Below, one piece after another: positions 37,150 through 46,770 of a stretch of DNA of 64,000 nucleotides. Position numbers and translations under genes: made by a program. The stretch lies in assembly GCA_038884755.1 (NCBI GenBank), contig JAWABJ010000001.1:493947-557946 (forward strand). Reading direction: 5' to 3'. The stretch's first letter is position 1. Each line of letters opens with the position of its first letter. This stretch comes from Candidatus Norongarragalinales archaeon. Lineage in GTDB: Archaea; Micrarchaeota; Micrarchaeia; Norongarragalinales; Norongarragalinaceae. The notes beneath the pieces were generated by a model. That model searched no databases. It was not told the origin of the DNA and saw only the letters and a list, made by a program, of their open reading frames with translations.

Positions 37150-37959
37150 TTGTTATTCATGGCTTTGGGAGATTCGAAAAAAGGAACCCGCGTGATAGGG
37201 GTTTTGAGCGGTAAAGGCGGCGTCGGGAAAAGCGTCACTTCCGTCAACATTTCCGCTTTGCTCAACCGAATGGGAAAACAGACTGTTTTGGTGGACGGCG
37301 ATTTAAGCAACCCAAGCGTTGGGTTGCATTTGGGACTTGCGTACAATGCGATTGGATTGAACGACTGCCTGCTGGGAAAACACAAGGTTTCAGACGCTAT
37401 AGTCATACAGCCGCAAACGGGAATGCGCGTTTTGCCCGCTTCGTTGCGTTACAAGCGCGATTTTTCTCTCAAGCAATTGAGCAGGGTCATGGGCGAATTG
37501 GAAGGATACGATTTCGTGATTATAGACTCTCCGCCGGGGTTGACTGAAGACGCTTGGCAGATAATGAGCGTTTGCGACCAGGTTTTGCTCATCACCACGC
37601 CCGACGTGCCTTCCACTACAGCCGCAGCAAAAACCCTCGAGTTGTGCAAAGAACGCGGGACCGAAGCGATTGGCGTGATAATCAACCGAGTCACGAAAGC
37701 CAAGTACGAGCTTACGCCCCGCGAAATTTCGTCCATGATTGAAGCGCCGGTCATCGGCGAGATTCCCGAGGATTACGCCGTTCCCGCGAGCATAGCCGCG
37801 AGAAACCCGTTAGTGCTGTACAAGCCGGACGCGCCTGCGGCGAGAAGCTTCGGCAGGCTTACAAAACGCATTGTTGGGGACGAGGGTTCTTTCGAAACGC
37901 CTTCCGAAGGCTTTATCGCCAAAATCATTGCCGCAATCAAGCGCCTTTTCGGAAGGTAA
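37150..37959 (+). CDS. MinD/ParA-family P-loop ATPase
   Basis: Deviant Walker A GKGGVGKS, Walker B-like VIIDSPPG; embedded between surface-protein genes. Confidence 0.8.
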   Translation: MLFMALGDSKKGTRVIGVLSGKGGVGKSVTSVNISALLNRMGKQTVLVDGDLSNPSVGLHLGLAYNAIGLNDCLLGKHKVSDAIVIQPQTGMRVLPASLRYKRDFSLKQLSRVMGELEGYDFVIIDSPPGLTEDAWQIMSVCDQVLLITTPDVPSTTAAAKTLELCKERGTEAIGVIINRVTKAKYELTPREISSMIEAPVIGEIPEDYAVPASIAARNPLVLYKPDAPAARSFGRLTKRIVGDEGSFETPSEGFIAKIIAAIKRLFGR

Positions 37960-38034
37960 GCTTCAAATTCGGCTTGTTTCGAAAAAACAAAACGGTTTTT
38001 ATATTTTCAGAAGGTTAAAACATAGGGGTTTCTG

Positions 38035-39291
38035 TTGGGTTTGTTGAGGGGGCAAGCCAAGGCGTTTATCGTCTTGCTTTTCGCGGTAGCCGGAGTTTTG
38101 CTTTTCGCGTTCAACGCCAGCGGGCCGTCTAGCCTTGGGCAGAGCGACGGGATAGAAAACTGGACGGTAACGCTTTCCGCCAGCGAGCAAGGCGAAAGCT
38201 CGTTCAACTATACTTCCCTGCCGGAAAACCGAATGGGCGTGTTGCGCGTAATCAAAGACTCGACTAACGAAGACGTCCTGGACTTCGAAAGCGGGCAAAC
38301 GTGGGTTTATTGCGCTTCGTGCAACCTAAGCGAAAGCACTTACACTATTTTCTACCAAACTCCCGCGCCTGCGCCTTCCCCAAGTCCCTTACCGTCACCC
38401 AGTCCAACGCCAAAATCCAGTCCTTCACCAGAACCTAGCCCAACGCCATTCCCAAGCCCGGAAATTTCTCCGGAACCATCGCCTTCTCCGAGTCCCTCGC
38501 TTGAACCAACGCCAATTCCAACCAAACCGCCTTCAGGCCAGTGCGGAGTCATAACTCAAAACACTGTTTTAGACTCCGACGTTTTTTTCAACTCTGACGG
38601 CGGAGTTTGCTTCGACATTCGCGGCAACAACGTGCAATTGGACTGCAACGGGCATTCCATAATGGGGAACGGCAAGGGAATCGCCGTTTACGCCACTCAA
38701 GCCGAAAACATCGCGGTTAAAAATTGCAGGATAACCAATTTCGGGTACGGCATTCTTGTTGAAGGCAACGCGGGTACGCCGGCGTTCAGCGGGTTTGCGG
38801 TAGAAAACAACTTTTTGTCCGGCATTAAGAGCGTGGGCATTGGTTTTAGGGGCGCTTTCAACTCCGTTTCCGTGTCTAACAACACGCTCGAATCCACGGG
38901 GGAGCGGGGAATTTGGATTGACGGCTTGAACGGCTTTGAATCAAAAGGCGTTTTAGTCTCTTCAAACCGCATCTCCGCCTGCGAAAACGCGCTTTTGCTG
39001 GATGCGATAGGCGGGGTTGTCGCATCTGGAAACTTTGTCGAAAAATGCAGCAACGGCGTCACGCTTTCGTCGGCGTTCAAAAACACCGTTTCGAAAAACA
39101 CCATAGGCGTTTCGAACGCGGCTTTTTGGATTGAAAGCGAAGACGCGAACGAAAACGTTTTCTCGGAAAACTCCGGCGCGGCTGCGGTGGCGGTCAAGCG
39201 CCACCCGCGTTCTCAAAACCAATTCAACCAAAACTCTGTCGCTGCGCAGTTCAACGAGCAGGAGTTTGAAGAAACGCAGATAGAGGGCTGA
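38035..39291 (+). CDS. Secreted protein with Pro/Ser-rich linker and right-handed parallel beta-helix repeats
   Basis: TTG start, signal anchor (AFIVLLFAVAGVLLFAF), PAPAPSPSPLPSPSPTPKSSPSPEPSPTPFPSPEISPEPSPSPSPS linker, then repeated N-x-[IV]-x-x-N/G beta-helix-like units. Confidence 0.65.
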   Translation: MGLLRGQAKAFIVLLFAVAGVLLFAFNASGPSSLGQSDGIENWTVTLSASEQGESSFNYTSLPENRMGVLRVIKDSTNEDVLDFESGQTWVYCASCNLSESTYTIFYQTPAPAPSPSPLPSPSPTPKSSPSPEPSPTPFPSPEISPEPSPSPSPSLEPTPIPTKPPSGQCGVITQNTVLDSDVFFNSDGGVCFDIRGNNVQLDCNGHSIMGNGKGIAVYATQAENIAVKNCRITNFGYGILVEGNAGTPAFSGFAVENNFLSGIKSVGIGFRGAFNSVSVSNNTLESTGERGIWIDGLNGFESKGVLVSSNRISACENALLLDAIGGVVASGNFVEKCSNGVTLSSAFKNTVSKNTIGVSNAAFWIESEDANENVFSENSGAAAVAVKRHPRSQNQFNQNSVAAQFNEQEFEETQIEG

Positions 39292-39293
39292 AA

Positions 39294-42200
39294 ATGAAGA
39301 AAACGCTTCTTTTAGCAATCGCTTTTTTCCTTCTAGCCCAAAACGCTTATGCGGTCATAAACGAGTACAACGCCGATTACGCCAACAGCGGGTATTTGAA
39401 CGTCACGGGTTACAATCACACTAACGGCGTTAATTCGGCAACCAACTTTTCCGACGACATTTACTTCGGGCTCAACGACTCGAATGCGCACGTTTACGCA
39501 AACAAATCGCCTTTCTTGACGGTGTGCGGCGTTGACAACGCCGACGCGACGATACCGTTCTGCAGGATTTTCAATTACACTGGCGAAAGCGTTACAAACA
39601 GGACGGCGACGGACATAGGAAGTAGTGCGGCAGAGTGGTACGTCTTGAAAGGAAACCCGTTTACCAACGAGTTGTTCTTGTGCATAAGCGATGCTGCCGA
39701 CGATTTGAAGTGCCAGAATTTCAACGGCAGCACCTGGACTTCAACCTTCACCATGACCACGAACGACACTACGGTCGACGCGCGCAGTTTCGACATCAAC
39801 TTCGAAAGCAAGAGCGGAAGGGCGGTAATTGTTTACAGCGTGAACGTCGCAGACACTCTCGCGTACAGGTATTGGAACCAAAGCAGTTGGAGCAAGGAAT
39901 ACTGGCTCACCATGACGAGCGCGGCTACTCTATCGTGGGTAAGGCTGGTGGCAGACCCGAACTCGAACAACATGACGGTCGTAGCGCAAAACTCTAGGAC
40001 CGACGGACAGATTTTCACCGCAAGGTGGAACGGCACGTCTTCCACCTGGTCTGCCAGCCAAAACGTTACCGCAGGCACTGCAGCCGGTTCCGACTCTTCG
40101 GCAGTGGGCATACAGGCATTCGACGCGGCGTACAACAACGAAAGCGCCGCGCTCATAGTGTACAGCAACAATGCCACGGTTGGAGCGGTATTCGCGAAAA
40201 TGTTTTGGCCCAACCAAACGCTCGACGCGCAAGCGCTCGTGGGGTACGGAGGAGCAGACCAAGTGAAGTACGTTTCAGCCGCGTCAATGCCCGGCTCTTC
40301 GAGAATAGGGTATTGTTGGATTGACAACGGAGGAGGCACGACTACGGATGATTTGTTGTGCAACGAGTGGGAGTATTCCAGAAACTTCACGCAAGCAGAA
40401 CCAGACTCCACCATAGACGACGACACTTCAACCCAAGGGCGGCAGATGGACGTGGTTGCGATAGAAGAAATCGGCGGCTGGGCCGTTCCCTACGCCGACA
40501 ACGGCGTCGACATGCCTACGATAGCAAGGTGTTTGAGCAAATCCGACTGCCAAGCAGGCACTTGGGGAACCAACACTATGTTCACTGGACCTAGCCCTGC
40601 CGCAGACATGAGGCACGTCCGCGCGGACACGAGCGTCATGAACAAAAGCCAGGCTATAGTAGGATGGAAGAACATCGATACGACCGCGCCTTCGGAAACG
40701 TTCTGGGGAATGTTTTACTGTCATTCCGGCGGCTGCGCCTTGAAACACGACACTGATTCGATTCAACCGGCAACCGCTTCCGCAGCGTTGTTCGCAACTT
40801 TCGACGTCGCGAAAGACGAGTACAGCAATTACACGCTCGAAACTTGGTTCAACTCCACGCCCACCACCGACGTTCCCGCCGGCGCAACGATAGAAAGCGT
40901 GAACGCCACGGTGGAATTCAAATCGGCGTTTCCTGGCAATTTTTCCACGTACATCTACAACTGGAGCAACTCGCAGTGGAACTTCTGCCAGTCGCAAGTG
41001 GTAACTGCGAATACTGAATTGTTCTTGAACTGCAGCGTTTGCTCGAGCGGGTGCTTGGTTACCGGCGACCCGGTAAACTTTACGGACAGCGTGGGCAACG
41101 CACCCAAGGTGATACGCATTTCATTGAACGAAACCATTCACAATCTCGCCATCAATGAATCCAACGTTAGCATTGATTACGTGAATTTCAACGTTACTTA
41201 CAGCAATCCACAAGCCAACGCAGCACTGCGTCTAGCCCAATTCCGCTTGTGGGAAAGCTCTTCGACAACCATCGGCCAAGGCGCTCTCACCGATTTGAAG
41301 TGCAATACTACTAGCTCGTTCGGAGCCAACATCCTCATCACACCAGGAGGAATTTCCTGCAACAACACCGCCCCTTCGAAAAGTTATAGGGCGGAAATCC
41401 GCGTGTGCAACGACGGCGCGAGCGGCGCGAACCAAACGACTTTCGACTACATCAACCACAGGTTTCTTTCAACGCAATACTTGGGCGCTTTGACTGCAAA
41501 CGACTGCGGGCACGGAGACAACGGAAGCGCTTGGAACGGCACGCTATGCAATTCTTACAGCGAAAGCTCTTTGCTCACAGTGCAAATCGCGAACGAAAGC
41601 GCTGGAGACAAGCATTACCTCCCGAGCGGAGACGGTTCCACGCGCGACGATAATACTTGCGAGTATTACGCGTATCGCTTTACTACCGGCGCGCCCGACT
41701 GGGTTATCACAGACAACAGCAGGATTAACACCACCGGCGCGTCCAACGGCTCCAATCCCGCGCCAACAGAAAACGCGAACCTAAACGTTACGTACAGCGA
41801 AACCGCGTTCTCGTTGTACTACCCGTCGACCGGCTGCACTTCAGGAAAAGGGTCTGACGGAAGGCTTAGGGCGAGATACTACAACGAAACTTGCGTCTTG
41901 TCCGGAAGCCACGGGTGCGACGTTCAAAACGCCACGTTCCAAAACTTCAACGACACCACCACCAAAGCCAACGTTACCATAACCGCGGCAAGCACTGACA
42001 CGTTGTACTACAATTTCACGGGAATAAACGGAATGCAAGGAAACATCTATTGGACCAACAACGTTACAAACGGCGGCCAGGACACGTTTTTAGTGCATTT
42101 CTGGGATTGGGTTGACGGAAGGTGGGAGCAAGTCGACAGCAGGACTAACGTCGCCCCGACTACCAACTTGATAAACCTTTCAAGCTTGAGCACCAACTAC

Positions 42201-44093
42201 CTTTCCGGAGGGTTTCTCAACGTTTCCTTAAACGGAACTACAGAAGGGGTTGACACAACGACGTTCTTGTACGACATTTACTACCACGGCGACCACTCCG
42301 ACAAGTGCGCCCGGTGTTACTTCCAACCCGCGACCGCGAATTCGGTGAACGTAGCATGCGAAGGGCAGACTTCCTCAACTTCGTTTTTGGACTTGCAAAA
42401 CTTGGGAAGCGTAATAGAAGCCTGGAAAGTGTACTTGTCCAGCGCTCTGCCCGAGCAGACGCCCGGCGGACCTCGGGCCCTTGCGGGCTACTACCACGGC
42501 GCAAGTTCGACTGCGCCATACTTAAACCCGGCGTACAGGGTTTGGAGCAGCGCGGGCTGGGGTTCGGAAACCAACGCGACTACCCTCGACGCTGGAAGCG
42601 ACATAGAATGGCTCGTAAATAAATGCGACGTCGCCAACGCGAATTGCATCATGGCGACGCTTGACGACGAGGGGGAAGTGCAAGCGCAGGCGTATACTGC
42701 TGGAGCGTGGGGGAGCGTCGTTGACGTTGCCCCGAACATTGGAACCACGAACGACCAGTCTCGCGGCTTTGACGTGGCGTTCGAGCAAACGCGCGGGTGG
42801 GGTTTGGTCATTGCAGGAAACAACTCGGCCCGCCCGTACTACCGCATCTGGTACCCCGAAAACAATACTTGGACTGGAGTGGAGCAGTTTCCCAACAGCG
42901 CTTGCGGGGCAAGCGGAACGCCGATTTGGCTTGACGCGGTTTCCAAGCCGGGCTCGAACGAGATTCTGACAGCGTACAGGGACGATGCCGGGAGAGTGTG
43001 CGGCTACGTTTGGGACGGGAGCAGCTGGGGCAACAGCCGAAGCATAAACAACGGTTCTGCAGAAACGACGCAAAAAACGGTTTGCGCGGCTTACGAAGAG
43101 TCGAGCGGAAAGGGAATAGTGTTTTACGAAGAGCAATCGTCGGCCAACTTGAACTACGCAAACTGGACCGGAAGCGCGTGGGAAGTGCCTGCAGCAATAT
43201 GCAACCCCGCTTGCGTTGCCGGAAGCGAATTCGTTTGGTTCGCTTGCGCGTCAATGCCTGGGACCAACCGCATAATGTGGGCTTCTCAAGAGCATAGCGT
43301 CGGCGCGGAAAAGGGAGATTTGCTGAAAACCCTTTCCTACTCCTCCGGAGAGCCGGTTTCGAAAACCGTTATCGACTGGAGCGAATACGTTTCTAAAATC
43401 AACTCAAGAATGAAAACTCCGAAGTTGAGCTACGTCACCGGCACGCTGGTCGCTCGCCAGTGGGACAGGGGCTTCGGCACTGAAGCCAATTTCCCGAGCA
43501 CGATTGAAGACGATTTGAGCGACAGGCCCATGGTTGACGTTGCGTATATAGGCGGAAGCGGGCACGCAATGATGGTTTACGCTGCCGACACCAACTTCCC
43601 CAACTACAGGACTTGCACTAGTTCTGCGAATTGCCAAGCGGGCACGTGGGGAAGCGCGAGCGCAACGACGGCAAGCGCCTGCGCAACGGGCGCGCAAGTG
43701 GATTTGGTGCGGCTTTACGCTGATTCGGCGACCAACGACACCATGCTGTTGTACTCTACGCAGCACGCGAACGAGCCGATTTGCGCGCAGTTGTACAACG
43801 GAACGACCGCGACGTGGGGAAGCGTCACCAACCTTGAAGACACCAACCGTTTTCTCGCGAACGCGAGGCCTTTCGACGTTTTCTTCTACAACGCCAGCGC
43901 AAGCGGCGGGTCGCTCGCCATGTTCATGAACGACAGCAGCGCCACGCACCTGACGCTGAGCACGACGCAGCAAACTTGGAACGCAAGCGTAGAGCAGTAC
44001 GAGCATTCTTACGCGTGGCTGTGGGCGAACTACACCAGCTACGACTCTTCAACCCACGAAAACTATTTGGTGAGCAACACTTCGACGAGCTGA
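39294..44093 (+). CDS. Giant secreted surface protein (1599 aa), N-x-S/T sequon-rich, paralogue of 1559-7021; conserved module in C-terminal third plus a degenerate N-terminal copy
   Basis: Signal peptide (MKKTLLLAIAFFLLAQNAYA); C-terminal module about aa 1090-1533 near-identical in blocks to the 1820-aa protein (IMATLDDEGEVQAQA, GSVVDVAPNIGTTND, RGWGLVIAGNN, PYYRIWYPENNTW, CASMPGTNRIMWAS, NCQAGTWGSASATTA). Confidence 0.85.
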   Translation: MKKTLLLAIAFFLLAQNAYAVINEYNADYANSGYLNVTGYNHTNGVNSATNFSDDIYFGLNDSNAHVYANKSPFLTVCGVDNADATIPFCRIFNYTGESVTNRTATDIGSSAAEWYVLKGNPFTNELFLCISDAADDLKCQNFNGSTWTSTFTMTTNDTTVDARSFDINFESKSGRAVIVYSVNVADTLAYRYWNQSSWSKEYWLTMTSAATLSWVRLVADPNSNNMTVVAQNSRTDGQIFTARWNGTSSTWSASQNVTAGTAAGSDSSAVGIQAFDAAYNNESAALIVYSNNATVGAVFAKMFWPNQTLDAQALVGYGGADQVKYVSAASMPGSSRIGYCWIDNGGGTTTDDLLCNEWEYSRNFTQAEPDSTIDDDTSTQGRQMDVVAIEEIGGWAVPYADNGVDMPTIARCLSKSDCQAGTWGTNTMFTGPSPAADMRHVRADTSVMNKSQAIVGWKNIDTTAPSETFWGMFYCHSGGCALKHDTDSIQPATASAALFATFDVAKDEYSNYTLETWFNSTPTTDVPAGATIESVNATVEFKSAFPGNFSTYIYNWSNSQWNFCQSQVVTANTELFLNCSVCSSGCLVTGDPVNFTDSVGNAPKVIRISLNETIHNLAINESNVSIDYVNFNVTYSNPQANAALRLAQFRLWESSSTTIGQGALTDLKCNTTSSFGANILITPGGISCNNTAPSKSYRAEIRVCNDGASGANQTTFDYINHRFLSTQYLGALTANDCGHGDNGSAWNGTLCNSYSESSLLTVQIANESAGDKHYLPSGDGSTRDDNTCEYYAYRFTTGAPDWVITDNSRINTTGASNGSNPAPTENANLNVTYSETAFSLYYPSTGCTSGKGSDGRLRARYYNETCVLSGSHGCDVQNATFQNFNDTTTKANVTITAASTDTLYYNFTGINGMQGNIYWTNNVTNGGQDTFLVHFWDWVDGRWEQVDSRTNVAPTTNLINLSSLSTNYLSGGFLNVSLNGTTEGVDTTTFLYDIYYHGDHSDKCARCYFQPATANSVNVACEGQTSSTSFLDLQNLGSVIEAWKVYLSSALPEQTPGGPRALAGYYHGASSTAPYLNPAYRVWSSAGWGSETNATTLDAGSDIEWLVNKCDVANANCIMATLDDEGEVQAQAYTAGAWGSVVDVAPNIGTTNDQSRGFDVAFEQTRGWGLVIAGNNSARPYYRIWYPENNTWTGVEQFPNSACGASGTPIWLDAVSKPGSNEILTAYRDDAGRVCGYVWDGSSWGNSRSINNGSAETTQKTVCAAYEESSGKGIVFYEEQSSANLNYANWTGSAWEVPAAICNPACVAGSEFVWFACASMPGTNRIMWASQEHSVGAEKGDLLKTLSYSSGEPVSKTVIDWSEYVSKINSRMKTPKLSYVTGTLVARQWDRGFGTEANFPSTIEDDLSDRPMVDVAYIGGSGHAMMVYAADTNFPNYRTCTSSANCQAGTWGSASATTASACATGAQVDLVRLYADSATNDTMLLYSTQHANEPICAQLYNGTTATWGSVTNLEDTNRFLANARPFDVFFYNASASGGSLAMFMNDSSATHLTLSTTQQTWNASVEQYEHSYAWLWANYTSYDSSTHENYLVSNTSTS

Positions 44094-44097
44094 GGAA

Positions 44098-44850
44098 ATG
44101 AATGCGAAACTCATTTTCCTGGCGTTGGGAGCGGTTGCGATAGCTGCTGGAGTGTTTTTGCTTACGCAAACGCCTGGCCAGGCGCCGGCGTCCTGCGACG
44201 CTTCGGCCCGTAACTCCCTTCCCCCGAATACGTTCGACAACCTTCCCGACTTCCCGCGGGATTTTTGCGAGAAGGTTGGCGATTTGAGAAGCAGGAAAAT
44301 CACGCTGCAAGGGTTTTCTGAGCTGGGAGAAGCGTACTGGCGCCAGCCGGAATTGCAGCCTAATTTCGAAAGCTATGCAATCCAAGCCATGCTCAACCCG
44401 CCGGAAGGGCGTTGGGCGGCTAACGGCTACGGCTCTTACCCTGCCGACTTCGTGGTGGAATTGAAGCACGGACAGTCTTGGGAAGGAGTGTTTTTCTTCA
44501 AAAGCTCTTGGCTGGTCGAATCTTATCAGGGAATAGCGTTAAACCACATTATCCTTCACGCGAACGAAAGCGTTTTCAAAGGAAAGCAAAGCATTCGCGT
44601 AAGCTATTCGCCCGACGAGTTCCTGCTCGGGCCCGCTTACCCGGTGTTTGACGAAAACTGGGTTGAAAAAATAAGCTTGGGAATCAAATTGGATGAAGGC
44701 ACGCCTCCCGGCGAGTATTTGGTTTTGCTGAACGTGAAAAGCCCGAAAAGAAACGGCGAGTGGGCCGGCGCATATCCTCATTATTTCGACGCTTCGTCGT
44801 TCGGGTTGCAGAAGCCGTTCTTGAGAATAAGGCTGTTTGTAAAGAGTTAA
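44098..44850 (+). CDS. Conserved accessory protein A' (signal anchor), paralogue of 34382-35287
   Basis: 250 aa; starts 5 nt after the giant gene stop; shares conserved blocks with 34382-35287. Confidence 0.6.
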   Translation: MNAKLIFLALGAVAIAAGVFLLTQTPGQAPASCDASARNSLPPNTFDNLPDFPRDFCEKVGDLRSRKITLQGFSELGEAYWRQPELQPNFESYAIQAMLNPPEGRWAANGYGSYPADFVVELKHGQSWEGVFFFKSSWLVESYQGIALNHIILHANESVFKGKQSIRVSYSPDEFLLGPAYPVFDENWVEKISLGIKLDEGTPPGEYLVLLNVKSPKRNGEWAGAYPHYFDASSFGLQKPFLRIRLFVKS

Positions 44851-44898
44851 AAAACTCTGCTGCCGAAATAAGGTTTAGCAGACAGGGGTTGCGGAAAC

Positions 44899-45747
44899 AT
44901 GATTGAGACTTTTACCGACTTTGCCCAGTTCAAGAAAAAAGCGCAAGAGATAGGCGTGGGCGTGAACCTGGACGAGCTTCTGGCCGTCGATATAGTCTTC
45001 CTCGAATCTTACGAAGACTATTTGATAATAAGCGTGAAAGACTATTCCCAAGGCCCTTCCAACGGGCTTTCCAGCAACATTCTCATCCTCAGCGAAAAAA
45101 ACGTGCTGTTGTATTCGGAAAAAACTTTCGGGGAAAAGGATTACAAGATGTTTCGCTTTACTTTGCAAAAGCAGTTCGGCGAATCGACCGTCTTAACCCT
45201 CCTGACGCTGAGGGACATTTTCAACAACTACCAGAACGCGTTCAAAACAATCGACGAGAAGATAGACGCGTTGGAAATAGGTTACGATTTGGAAGAGGCG
45301 GAGTCGACCACTATAAGGCTGAGGAAAGTGGCGAACCGGATAGAAGACCTGGTGAACCTTTTGGTTAGCCTGGAGGAAAGAAAAATAAGGCAGGTGGACA
45401 CGAGTCTCGTTGCGTACGACTACAGGCTTTTGCTCACGAAAGCAAGACACCTGCTCGACCGGTGCCGCAATCACTTGAACCAGCTTCGCGACATCCAGCG
45501 CGAGGCGGACATGCGGCAGACTCGCGAAACGAACAAGCGCATTGAAGATTTGACGAACGTCATGAAAAAACTCACTTCCATAACGGTAATCCTCATGCTT
45601 CCCACGCTCGTGGCAAGCCACTACGGAATGAACTTCAGCAACATGCCCGAACTGCAGCTCACGTGGGCGTACCCCGCGGTGATAGGGGTTGAAATAGCGC
45701 TGGCCGTTCTAGCCGCGGTATACTTCAGAAAGAGAGGATGGATTTGA
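44899..45747 (+). CDS. corA: CorA-family Mg2+/Co2+ transporter
   Basis: Signature YGMNF motif before two C-terminal TM helices; cytoplasmic N-terminal domain with coiled region. Confidence 0.75.
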   Translation: MIETFTDFAQFKKKAQEIGVGVNLDELLAVDIVFLESYEDYLIISVKDYSQGPSNGLSSNILILSEKNVLLYSEKTFGEKDYKMFRFTLQKQFGESTVLTLLTLRDIFNNYQNAFKTIDEKIDALEIGYDLEEAESTTIRLRKVANRIEDLVNLLVSLEERKIRQVDTSLVAYDYRLLLTKARHLLDRCRNHLNQLRDIQREADMRQTRETNKRIEDLTNVMKKLTSITVILMLPTLVASHYGMNFSNMPELQLTWAYPAVIGVEIALAVLAAVYFRKRGWI

Positions 45748-46163
45748 GGATGGACTGGCTTGCTTTCGCAGTCGCTAGCATGGTTTTCCTTTCCATATCC
45801 AACCTATTCGTGAAAATGATTGTCTCCAACCCTTCTTTCGAAAAGCTGGATTTCAACGCTTTCCTTCTCCCTGGAGTTTTGGTTGCATCAGGAGTTTTGC
45901 TTGCTCTTTATTTCTTCCTGCAAAACGCTAAGCCGCCTTTGGCTTACTACCCCATTGCAATAGCGGTTTTCGCAACCCTCGGCGTGCTGGCGATGATTCT
46001 GGCTCTTAAAACGGGGAAAGTGGCGATTGTAACGGCGGTGCTGGGTTTGTCGACCGTGCTCGTGGCAATCCTTTCAGTCGTTTTTCTGGGCGACAGGTTC
46101 AGCGGAAGGGAAATTGCGGCTATGGTTCTGGCAATCCTCAGCATTTTCATGCTGATAGTTTAG
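45738..46163 (+). CDS. Small 4-TM membrane protein (EamA/SMR-like)
   Basis: 141 aa, four hydrophobic helices. Confidence 0.5.
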   Translation: MDLRMDWLAFAVASMVFLSISNLFVKMIVSNPSFEKLDFNAFLLPGVLVASGVLLALYFFLQNAKPPLAYYPIAIAVFATLGVLAMILALKTGKVAIVTAVLGLSTVLVAILSVVFLGDRFSGREIAAMVLAILSIFMLIV

Positions 46164-46534
46164 TAGGAAGCGCTCGCGCTTTCACCAAGCTGTGGAAAGC
46201 TTTTCTCTAGCTTCTTGCGCAACTCTTCAAAACGCTCCCTCAACTTTTTTTCCTGCTTGGCTAAAGCATTAAGCCTTACTTCCACGCTTTCCTTTTCTTC
46301 CTTCAACTCGCTTTCGAGAACGCTTTTTTCCTTTGGGATCATGATTCCACCCGCAAACCGGTACAGTTGCCCGCCAGTTGCTTTCCCTATTTCTTCCGAC
46401 GCCTTGTCCAGCTCGCCCTGCTGCACCAAAAGCTGCTGTTTTTGCATCACGAGAAGCTGCATCTGCTGTTGTATCGACTGCAGTTCTATCAAGTCTTTCT
46501 TCTGGTCTTCATTCAATTCCATAATTCGTTTCAC
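46160..46534 (-). CDS. pfdB: Prefoldin beta subunit
   Basis: 124 aa coiled-coil-hairpin-coiled-coil layout typical of prefoldin beta (QQQMQLLVMQKQQLLVQQGELD ... VEVRLNALAKQEKKLRERFEEL). Confidence 0.7.
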   Translation of the reverse strand: MKRIMELNEDQKKDLIELQSIQQQMQLLVMQKQQLLVQQGELDKASEEIGKATGGQLYRFAGGIMIPKEKSVLESELKEEKESVEVRLNALAKQEKKLRERFEELRKKLEKSFPQLGESASASY

Positions 46535-46770
46535 CTTTTTTTCGGCACGAGAGAAATCGCGTCGAAAACAACTTTCAAGTCGCGCAAGAGTGAAGTCGTC
46601 CTCGCCCTCAACGCCGAGAAAGTCTTCGCATCTACACGCGCGGTCAGCGTCGCGCCTTTCGCAGAAAGCCTTACGCTCGCCTTGTCAGAAAACTCTTTGG
46701 TTTTTATTATTCCAACGGCTTTTTTAGCGTGCGCCGGGCTCGCGAAGATTATTTCGACTTCAGCCTTCAA
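46531..46770 (-). CDS. KEOPS subunit Pcc1-like protein
   Basis: 79 aa; Pcc1-like pattern including the SALRA-type segment (FSALRARTTSLLRDLKVVFDAISL); sits in the Brix/prefoldin neighbourhood. Confidence 0.5.
   Translation of the reverse strand: MKAEVEIIFASPAHAKKAVGIIKTKEFSDKASVRLSAKGATLTARVDAKTFSALRARTTSLLRDLKVVFDAISLVPKKR

Noticed and set aside
38360-38545. Non-coding tandem repeat or CRISPR-like repeat.
   Set aside because: The repeat is in-frame inside a continuous ORF and encodes a Pro/Ser linker.
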